The notes under the pieces were generated by a model. That model searched no databases and was not told the origin of the DNA. It saw only the letters and a list, made by a program, of their open reading frames with translations. From assembly GCA_018969615.1 (NCBI GenBank), contig JAGWYA010000001.1, positions 1 to 52,566 of the forward strand: DNA of 52,566 nt, written 5' to 3'. Position numbers and translations under genes: made by a program. The DNA is from Patescibacteria group bacterium (GTDB lineage: Bacteria > Patescibacteriota > Minisyncoccia > UBA6257 > 02-FULL-45-10c). Positions 26,397 through 36,100 of this stretch are shown here, piece by piece (position 1 is the first letter of the stretch; every line of letters starts with the position of its first letter).

Positions 26397-27910
26397 GCAC
26401 CGAGCGGTCTCTCGCGCAGAATACGCAGGATTCGTCCGCCGACCGATCGCTTCGGTGGTGGGTTTTGGTTACGGTCATTCTCGGGACCTTTCTGGGGAGG
26501 CTTGATCAGACGATCGTAAACCTCGCCCTTCCGAAGATCATCATTGATTTCAATATTTCCGTTTCCGCGGCAGGGTGGATCGCGACCGCGTATATCCTTG
26601 CGAACGCGGTTTTTGTGCCGGTATGGGGCAAACTCGGCGATACGATCGGAAGGAAGAAGGTCTATGTGATGGGATTCATCGGATTTTTATTCGGATCTGC
26701 GTTGGCCGGATTTGCGTGGAACCTGACCTCCATGATCGGATTCCGGATCCTTCAGGCGATCGCCGGATCGGCAGATTATCCGACGGCGATGGCGATCCTG
26801 ACCATTACCTTTACCGATATGAAAGAGCGGGCGCAGGTATTGGGATTGTGGTCGTCTTCGTTCGCGGCCGCGTCCGTGTTCGGCCCGCTGATCGGCGGAT
26901 TTTTGATCGACTCATTCGGGTGGCGGTCGATCTTTCTCGTGAACATCCCCGTCGGCCTCCTCGGTCTTTTTATGGCGTTGAAATTCATCGACGAATCGGT
27001 GTCGGATAACGAGAGCCATTATTTCGATTGGTGGGGATCGCTTACGCTGGGCGGCTCATTAGCCACGCTGGTCCTGGTGCTTGACCAGGGAGCGACCTGG
27101 GGATGGCTCTCGACGAACAGCGTTCTATGTTACGCCTCCAGCATTCTTCTGTTTCTCGCGTTCCTGTATGTTGAACAGCGCGCTCCGGAGCCGATCATCG
27201 ACCTGAAGTTCTTTAAGATCAACGCCTTTGTTACGACCTTGGTGAACAGTTTCATTGTCTTTATGGGTATGATGGGAAGCGTTTTTTTGATCCCGATATT
27301 TGCGGAAACGTTTTTGGGATTCAATGCGACCCAAACCGGGTATCTTTTTATGCCGATGGCTTTTGCGATCATGATCGCGGCGCCGCTGGGAGGCAGTTTG
27401 ACCGGCAAGGTCCAGTCCCGGTTCGTGATCATGGGAAGCACGCTGGTCGCGGCGTTCGGCGTCTATCTCTTTTCCTATCTTGATCCGCGCTCGAGCGCGC
27501 TGGCGATCATTGTTCCGCTTGCGATCATGGCGTTCGGGATCGGCTTCGGCATGGCGCCGCGTACGAATATCGTGGCATCGTCGGTCCCTCCGCAGGAGAT
27601 CGGCAGCGCATCGGCGATCCTTGCCTTGGTCAGGAACATCGCCGGGGCGTTCGGGATCGCGTTATTCGGAACTTTATTGACCACGACGACCGGACAGAAT
27701 GTCTTGCGGATCGCCCAGAACAGTCAGCTGAACCTCATGACGCCGGAAACGTACAAACAGTTCATCGGCCTTATTATATTGAAAGCGCAAGTATCGGCCT
27801 ATGGGACGGTTTTTGCGGTGGCAGCCGCTCTGCTGGTTGTGGGTGCGATCTCTTCTTTGTGGATCAGAGTTGAAAAAGAGGAAAAAGGCGAGGATCTCTT
27901 TATGGAATGA
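26393..27910 (+). CDS. DHA2 (EmrB/QacA) MFS efflux transporter
   Basis: LDQTIVNLALP, GKLGDTIGRK, WRSIFLVNIPVG. Confidence 0.93.
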   Translation: MSTERSLAQNTQDSSADRSLRWWVLVTVILGTFLGRLDQTIVNLALPKIIIDFNISVSAAGWIATAYILANAVFVPVWGKLGDTIGRKKVYVMGFIGFLFGSALAGFAWNLTSMIGFRILQAIAGSADYPTAMAILTITFTDMKERAQVLGLWSSSFAAASVFGPLIGGFLIDSFGWRSIFLVNIPVGLLGLFMALKFIDESVSDNESHYFDWWGSLTLGGSLATLVLVLDQGATWGWLSTNSVLCYASSILLFLAFLYVEQRAPEPIIDLKFFKINAFVTTLVNSFIVFMGMMGSVFLIPIFAETFLGFNATQTGYLFMPMAFAIMIAAPLGGSLTGKVQSRFVIMGSTLVAAFGVYLFSYLDPRSSALAIIVPLAIMAFGIGFGMAPRTNIVASSVPPQEIGSASAILALVRNIAGAFGIALFGTLLTTTTGQNVLRIAQNSQLNLMTPETYKQFIGLIILKAQVSAYGTVFAVAAALLVVGAISSLWIRVEKEEKGEDLFME

Positions 27911-28005
27911 CCGCCGGCCGGGCGGGTAGCCGGGCCGCGCTGTTTTTGCCCCGGATGTGCATCAGGTGTCCTTCTGTACTACAATAAAAAGGACGGTTAT
28001 TTTTT

Positions 28006-29292
28006 ATGCCTATGAAGAAGATCATTATTGCGGGAGCCGGGTTCGGCGGATTGAAGACGGCGCTGCTGCTGCATGCCGAACTTTTGCGTCTGGGCTTGTT
28101 GGAAAAATATGAGATCGTTCTGATTGACCGAAACCCGTATCACACGTATACGCCGCTTTTATATGAAGCCGCGACGACCTCGAAAGAGTTCGTTGATCTG
28201 GCGGGGCTTGAGTCGGTCGTCACCTTCCCGATCTCTATGATCCTGAAAGGGAAGAAGATCACGTTCTTGGAGCGATCGATGAGCCGTATTGATCTGGAAA
28301 AAGGAGTGATCTCTTTTGTAAATCACGGCGACCTTCTCTTCGACTACGCAGTCCTTGCGCTCGGATCCGAGACGAATTATTTCAATATTCCCGGCATGGC
28401 AGAACATGCATTAACTTTAAAATCGTTCCGCGATGCAGTAGAGATCCGCGATGCGCTTTGGAACAAGATGGAGCAGCATGTCCGCGGCCTGCGTGTAGTG
28501 ATCGGCGGCGGCGGATCGACCGGCGTGGAGCTTGCCGGTGAGGTGAGATTATGGCTGGAAGAGCTTGAACAGGAATTCAAAACCAACGGCAGCTCGGTGA
28601 CCATCATCGAAGGGATGCCCACGGTCCTCGGCGGTTTTGCGCCGAAGATCGTAGCGAAAGTGATGAGTCGTCTTCAAAAGATCGGCGTTACGCTGATGAC
28701 CCAAGAATTCATTCAGACCGTGAGTGCGACGGCCGCATCGTTGAAAAGCGGGAAAACCGTTCCGTTCGATGTTTTGATCTGGACCGGCGGCGTGAAGCCG
28801 TCCTCATTGACCGACCAGCTGCCGTTGCGCCGCGATAAGCGCGGGCACATTGATCCTTCGGACTCTATGGATTGCCCGGCCATATCTGACGGAATAAGCC
28901 TCCACGGGAGGATCTATGCCTTAGGGGATGCGACCTCTTTTTATCCGTCCGGCGCCGAGCGTCCGATCCCGATGACCGCGCAAACGGCCATCGGCCAGGC
29001 GAAAGTGGTTGCTCATAATCTTATTGAAGACATTGAGGCTGCGGAAGGAAGGCGCGCGAAGGGGTCATATGTTTCGTATACGCCGAAAGAATATCCCTAT
29101 GTCATCCCGGTCGGCGGGAAATACGCGGTCGCGAAGATCGGCCCCCTGGTCCTTTCCGGTATCGCAGGATGGATCGTCAAATGTTTCGTTGAGCTCTATT
29201 ATCTGCTGGGGGACGTTCTGCCGAACGGCCATGCCATGCGTATCTGGCTGAAGGGGCTCGGCATCTTTTTGCGCAACGATCGGCTGGGATAA
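28006..29292 (+). CDS. ndh: Type II NADH dehydrogenase-like FAD oxidoreductase
   Basis: GAGFGG, YTPLLYE, GGGSTGVELAGE, ALGD, P.TAQTA. Confidence 0.85.
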   Translation: MPMKKIIIAGAGFGGLKTALLLHAELLRLGLLEKYEIVLIDRNPYHTYTPLLYEAATTSKEFVDLAGLESVVTFPISMILKGKKITFLERSMSRIDLEKGVISFVNHGDLLFDYAVLALGSETNYFNIPGMAEHALTLKSFRDAVEIRDALWNKMEQHVRGLRVVIGGGGSTGVELAGEVRLWLEELEQEFKTNGSSVTIIEGMPTVLGGFAPKIVAKVMSRLQKIGVTLMTQEFIQTVSATAASLKSGKTVPFDVLIWTGGVKPSSLTDQLPLRRDKRGHIDPSDSMDCPAISDGISLHGRIYALGDATSFYPSGAERPIPMTAQTAIGQAKVVAHNLIEDIEAAEGRRAKGSYVSYTPKEYPYVIPVGGKYAVAKIGPLVLSGIAGWIVKCFVELYYLLGDVLPNGHAMRIWLKGLGIFLRNDRLG

Positions 29293-29310
29293 CGATCTTT
29301 TGGATGCTTC

Positions 29311-29916
29311 TTAAGACTTTGCCATGCGCGCCAGGGCGGCAAAGTCTTTTTTAAGCGCAGCGATCCGGCGTGCGTCATAGACCGCGACCGCCGGGTGGTA
29401 TTGAATATTGATCAGGACCTCGCCGTATGGGAGCGAGGCTTTGAATGTTTTACCGTGGAGGGCGCCGATCGGTCCGCAGCGCTTTTCAAGCCCGTATTTT
29501 TCCATGATATAACGCATGGAAAAACGGCCCAGGGTCACGATGATCTTCGGCCGGATGATCGCGATCTGCCGGTCCAGGAACGGGGCATAGAGCGCAAGTT
29601 CTTTCGGCGTCGGATCGCGGTTGAACGGCGGGCGATCTTTGACGATATTGGTGATGTAAACGCCCGCGCGGTCGATCTTGGCGGATCGCAGAAGCTCGTC
29701 CAATACCTTTCCCGCCGCGCCGCAGAACGGACGGCCCGTTTTCGCTTCATTTCTGCCCGGCGCTTCGCCGATGAGCATGATCCGCGCATGATGGCTTCCT
29801 TCGCCGATCACGGGGAGGGTCTTATTTTTGATCCGTTCTTTATAGAGCGGTGACACGGTCAGATGGAGCACTTCATCGCGGATCTTTTTCAGGGATGCGG
29901 TTCGGTCGTTGGTCAT
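29311..29916 (-). CDS. Uracil-DNA glycosylase (family 4 type)
   Basis: GEAPG..E...GRPF, YITNIVK.RPP.NRDP, YHPA; start revised to 29916. Confidence 0.92.
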   Translation of the reverse strand: MTNDRTASLKKIRDEVLHLTVSPLYKERIKNKTLPVIGEGSHHARIMLIGEAPGRNEAKTGRPFCGAAGKVLDELLRSAKIDRAGVYITNIVKDRPPFNRDPTPKELALYAPFLDRQIAIIRPKIIVTLGRFSMRYIMEKYGLEKRCGPIGALHGKTFKASLPYGEVLINIQYHPAVAVYDARRIAALKKDFAALARMAKS

Positions 29917-30065
29917 GGTCTTTTTTTTGTTCGGACTGTCCGGTGCTTGAAGTATTCGACTTGCCGCAAGCGGCGCTGCGCCTCTTCTTTGGTCGCGTAG
30001 GCGCCGAAAGAGCGCTCTCCGGTCTCCGAAAGTACGACATATTTTCCTTTTATTTTCTTGATCAT
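29913..30065 (-). CDS. 50-aa basic small protein (MIKKIKGKYVVLSETGERSFGAYATKEEAQRRLRQVEYFKH...)
   Basis: Not in the ORF track; ATGA overlap with the UDG start. Confidence 0.7.
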   Translation of the reverse strand: MIKKIKGKYVVLSETGERSFGAYATKEEAQRRLRQVEYFKHRTVRTKKRP

Positions 30066-30186
30066 CGCAGTGGCGGGCTGAGGCCTTTGTCTTTAGTATA
30101 GGTTCTTTAAAAATTTCGCTCAATGCTTCGGTGAGGAAAGAGAAGGGGTCACGACGCTCCTGTCATTAAATGGTATATTGAATTAT

Positions 30187-33100
30187 ATGGCAGCATCAGA
30201 CCCCGATCACATCATAGCTCCGCACACGCCGGAGCATCTGGGTAAAGAGCTCGCCGCGTCCGTGAAGCTTTCGTTCAATGAGCGGCAGGCCGCCGCCTTC
30301 ATGAAAAAGACGCGGGAGACGTTCGTTCGGACCCGGAAGGTCTATCGCAGCTTGGCGCGCAATATCGACGCACGGACCCAGTATAATCAGGGATTGGAGG
30401 TCCTTTTGGATAATTTTTATATCGTTGACGCCGCGATCACCCAGCTTGCGTCGCGGTGGAAGGAGAAAGAATCGTTGCGCGTTCCGCAGATCGTGGATGC
30501 GGACGGGAAAACGCAGCTTCGCGTCTATATGATCGCGCGCGCGCTAGTGAAGCAGACCAACGGCGCGGTCGGACGGGAAGCGATCCTTTCTTTCTTGAAG
30601 GCGTATCAGCGGACCGCTCCGCTTTCGATCCGGGAGCTGGACATCTTTCCGGACATGCTCCGTTTCGCCCTGACCGAATCGATCGCGCGCTTTATTGAGA
30701 CGAACCTCGCCACGCTGCAGGAAATGAAGGAGGCGGATCGCTGGTATGACCAGATCGTAAAGGCTGGCCGCCGCAAGAACGCCTTTGTGCATCTCAAGAA
30801 GATCACCTCGCGGCTTGCGGCGCAGTACAGTATCATCCCGCAGTCATTCGGTCTGCATTTACTGCATCGGCTTTCTCAGACGGGAAAGGAGGGCGGCATC
30901 CGTATCGTTAGCAAGTGGCTGAAGCTCTCCATTTCCAAGCACGGCGTCAGCCATGCACAGCTTGCGAGCATGAATTCGCGTACGGAGCGGGAACAGATGG
31001 CGATCATCGCCAGTGCGATCTCAAGCCTGCGGTACTTGGGGCAGGTGCGCTGGGACCGGGTTTCGCTCGAATTGAACATGATCGACGCGGTTCTTGCCAA
31101 GGACCCTGCCGGCGCATTTTTGCCGCTGACGGAGGAGACTCGTTCGTTCTACCGGCGGACGATCGTCAGGATCGCCGACCGGACCGGAACCCATGATATT
31201 GAAGTTGCGCGCGAAGCGGTGCGCCTTGCCCGGCATGCCGCGGATACGGTAGCGGGGAACAGCCCTCGGACCGGGCATGTCGGCTATTATCTCATTGATA
31301 CCGGCATCGCCGATCTTGAGGCCGCGCTTTCTTATGAGCCCACTCCGCTGGAACGCCTCAGAGCTTTTATTCTGCGGCATGGAACCCGTGTTTATTTCAG
31401 CTTCATCGGCATCGCGATGCTTTTTTCGTTAGGGGCTCTTTTGGAGGCAAGCGATACGCTCCGGCTTTCTCCCGCTCCTTTTATTGCGATGCTCATCGCG
31501 GGCCTTTTGCTTTCATCCGAGGTCGCGACGGCGCTTGCGCACTTTATTTTCACTCGTGTTTTGAAACCGCGGCCGCTTCCGGCGCTTGATCTTCGCAGGG
31601 GAGTGGGCGAGGAGCGCCGCACGATCGTGGTGGTTCCGTCGATGTTTCGGGGCGGCGGGTTCGCAGAGAAGATAACCCGTCGGCTGGAAACGAACTTTAT
31701 CGGAAATAACGATCCGAATATCTTTTATGCGCTGCTGATGGATTTTCGCGATGCCGATTCGGCTGACATGCCGGATGATGAGGATCGCGTCCGGGAGCTG
31801 GAAGAAGAGATCGCGGCGCTGAATAAACGGTATCCATCGGTTCCGCAGCGATTCTCTCTTTTTTACCGTTCCCGTAAATGGAACGCCGCTGAAGGATGTT
31901 TTATGGGGTGGGAGCGCAAGCGGGGTAAGCTCCGCGAGTTCAATGCGCTGTTGCGGGGGAAGACAACGACCTATAGCGGTGATGCCGCTGCGCGCGCCCG
32001 GGCATACGGGAATGTCCCGTATATCCTTACGCTTGATGAGGATACCGAACTGGTCCGTGATTCCGGAAAGATGCTGATCGGCACGATCGATCATCCGCTG
32101 AACCGTCCGGTCATTGATCCGGTGCGCGCGGTGGTGACGGAGGGATACGGTATCGTCCAGCCGCGTTCAGCGCTGCGGTTCCGCGACGGGAACGCTTCGG
32201 TCTTTTCGAGGCTTTTCGGAAATTTCCCCGGCGTGGATACTTATTCGTTGCTTATCTCCGATCTCCATCAAGATCTGTTCGGCGAAGGGATCTTCCACGG
32301 AAAAGGAGTGTATAACATTGATGCGATCGAAGCGACGATGGGAGACCGTATTCCGGAGAACACCGTTCTTTCGCATGATCTTTTAGAAGGATTATATGCG
32401 CGGGTGGGCATTGCAAGCGATGCACGTATCTTCGAGGGGTTTCCGGCGAATTACCGCGAGTATATGCAGCGTTCGCATCGATGGATCAGGGGTGATTGGC
32501 AGATCATCTCGTGGCTTTTCGGTTCCCGAGGGAGCGTATTTTCGCCGATCGGCCGCTATCGGATCTTCGATAATCTTCGCCGGAGCGTGCTTCCGATCGC
32601 GGCGGTAGGCGGGATCATCGGTGCCGCATGGACCGCGGCGTATGTATCGACGTGGAGCATTCTTATTTTTCTTGCCCTGGGATCAGGCCAGCTCATCTCG
32701 TCATTCCTGACCATCACTGAGCGGACGATCAACTGGCAAAGTTCCATGAGCGCTTTCGCCCGTTTTGAATCTATGGTGAGCGGATTCGTCATCGCACTGA
32801 TCAAAACGGCCTTTCTCGGCATTTTTCTTTTGAATTATGCGGTTATCGCATTCGATGCGATCGTCCGCAGTATGTACCGTCTTTTTGTCTCCAAGCGGAG
32901 ACTGCTCGAATGGCAGACCGCTTATGAGGCGCTCGCCCAGCGGAAGAACTCGCTTTTGGGATTCGTGCGGTTCATGTGGCGGAGCCTCTTTTTCACCGCA
33001 GCATTTTTCTTTATTGAAGTGCATGTCAGCGCATTGAGCGATCCGGCAGCGCTTGCATGGGTGGCGGCATGGCTTGCCGCTCCGTTCTTTGCCGTTTTGA

Positions 33101-36100
33101 TCAGCGCAGAGCCGCGGCAGAAAGATCCGCTTTCAAAGCGTGAACGCCTTTATCTGCGGAAGATCGCGGCACGGACCCATTGGTTCTTTACCGATCTGGT
33201 GACGGAGCAGGACCATTGGCTTGTTCCGGACCATCTCCAGGAGGATCCTCCGAGCAAGCAGCATTCTCACGGCCCCGGCATGTCGCCGACCAATCTGGGC
33301 ATGTATCTTCTCGGCATGTCCTGCGGCCGCGAGCTTGGATTTCTGTCGCTGGAGGAGTATCGCGATCGAATCGAACGGGCGTTCACAAGCCTGGAAAAGC
33401 TCGAGCTGTATCGCGGACATTTCTTTAACTGGTATGAATTGAAGGAACTGACCCCGCTGGCGCCCAAATATGTATCATCGGTCGACAGCGCAAACCTCGC
33501 CCTGTCCCTTCTGTCAGTGCATGCCGCTTTAAAGAGCAGTACTGCGGCTCCGGTCATCGATACGGAAACCTTCGAGGGGTTCCGCGCGCAGCTGATGGTC
33601 TTGCGGGATGGATGCGATACGGCATTGGCGGGGCCATTGGACCGGAACGAGCGCCCCCTGATCGAAGAGATCAAGGCGGCGAGCGGGGAATCCCTTTCAT
33701 TGATCGGCAGGGCTTTTACCGAGGAGATCACGCCGCGCGGAAGCGATTTTATTTGGAGCGGAGTCGTGCATCGCTCCATTCAAATTCGGAATGCGCTTGA
33801 GACCTTGCGTCTTGAGGGGAAAAGCGAACGTTTTGAAGAGATATTCCTTGCGGTGCGCCATATGGAGGTCATTGCGGTCGCGCACCGCGATACCCTAGCG
33901 CATTATGTGGGATATGCGATGGTTCCCGTCGTTTCTTCGGTGGTCAGCAACAGCCGTTTGCATTCTTTGTATCTGAAACTGGCGGCATTCTTACAGAAGG
34001 TTCCGACGATCGATGCCCTGACCGACGGGCGCGTGCGGCGTGAGATCGAAGCGCTTGGCATGGATGAAGCGATCGCGCTTTCCGAACTTCCCCCTCCGGA
34101 GAAGGAACATGCGCGGGCATGGTATGCCGAAGTTCTGGAGCGCTTAGCTCTTGCCGAGCATAATGCCCGGGAGACCGCATACTCTCTTCATACGTCTGCG
34201 GAGAAGGCCGCTGCTTACGCGTACCGGATGGATTTTCGCTTCCTATATAACAAGGAGCGCGGATTGTTCCACATCGGATATAACCATACGACCGGCCGGC
34301 TCGACGAAGCGTTCTATGACCTCTTTGCCTCTGAGGCGAATTCGGCAAGCATCGTCAGTATCGCGAAAAACGATGTTTCGGAAAAACATTGGGGGTATCT
34401 GGGAAGAACGGTTGTAAAGAGCAGCGCCGGCGAAGCGGTGGTCGCCTCATGGGCAGGATCGCTTTTTGAATACCTGGGGACGCTGATCTATTTCGACGTC
34501 CCGGCCGAAAGCTTCTGGGGGACCTCGGCGCGGCATGCGATCGCCGCCCATCAATGGTTCGCGCGACGATACCGTATTCCATGGGGAATGGGCGAATCCG
34601 CATCCTCCCGCCAAGACGCCGAGCAGAATTACCATTATCAGGCATTTGGAGAGCCCTCGCTCGGATATAAGCGGGACCTTTCCGAATCGATCGTGGTTGC
34701 GCCGTATACCAGCGCGCTCGCCCTTTCGTTCGTTCCGCGCGCCGCGCTGATGAATTTCAAGCACCTGGAGCGCGCGGGCGGGTTTGGAAGATACGGATTT
34801 TATGACGCGATCGATTTTACGTTCGCGGAGCATCCCGCGAACCGGGAAGGAGGCGGCCGCCCTGCGCGGGTTTATTATGCGCATCATCAGGGCTTTATCC
34901 TTTCGTCGATCACGAACGTCCTTCGCGATAATTGGGTGCGGAAAATGATAGCCCGGGACCCAAGCATGGATGTCGCTTCGCAGTTATTTGAAGAAAAAAT
35001 GCCGGAGAATATTCCGTTGGAACGCATCAGCGTTGTCGTGCCGCGCGTGACCAAAACCGCGGAGGCGCCGCCGGTCGTTGAAGCGCGTCGCCAGTATCTT
35101 CCTTGGCACACGAAGGAAACCGCGTCGATCTTTATTTCTTCCGATAAGTATCGGTCCCGGATCACGTCTGCCGGCGCGGGGGAGAGCTGTTTTGATGACG
35201 TCTATATTACCCGGCCATCCCGCGATATGCTGCGCGAATCGACCGGAACGTTCTTTTATCTGTATGACAAGGCTAAGAACCGGATCTGGTCGCCGACGTT
35301 CATGCCGACGAAAGATCCCGGCGAGAAACTCTCGGTTTCGGCGGGGGAGCAGCTTATGGTATTTGACCGCCATGCCGATCCGGTTACGTCGTCGCTTGTG
35401 GCGACTCCGCTCCCTCGTGAGAATGGCGAACTGCGTGAACTGACCGTTCTGAACACAGGCGATTCCGACCGGACGCTGACATTCGGGGTTTGCGCGGAGC
35501 TTTCGCTGTCCCGGATCTCTGACGGTGCGGCGAACGAGAACTATGAGCGCCTTTTTGTATCGACTGAAACACAGTGGGACGGTCAGGCGATCATCGCTTC
35601 GCGGCCTGACCCGCATGATCGAAGCCGCACGATCGTCGCCGGATTTCTTCTGGCGAGCGATGCGAAAATTTCCGATCTCCGTACGATCCGCGAGAAGGAG
35701 GTATTCTATGGTTCGCCCCGCCGCATTGCCGCGCCTCCGGTGCTTGCCGATCTGAGCCGCGCCGATCACGCATTCCCTGTACATACGCTCGACAGCGTTG
35801 CCGCATTCGCCGGAAGCGTCCGTTTGCGCCCGCATGAGTCCCGCCGCATTACGCTGGTGTCCGCCGCAGGATACTCAAAGGAGCAGGTTCTTGCGACCCT
35901 GCGGCGATACCGTGACCAAAAGAGCATCCGAAGAGTCATTGAAAATGCCGATCAGGAAGGTTCGCGCTTCTTATCTGACCTCGGGATCGTTTCACAGCAG
36001 GGGTCGGTCTATGGAACGCTTGCGTCGCTCGCGATCGCACGCATGCTGCATAACCGCGATCTGTCGCCCGCAGGGAAGCCGACGCGGCCTTGGGTCTCTC

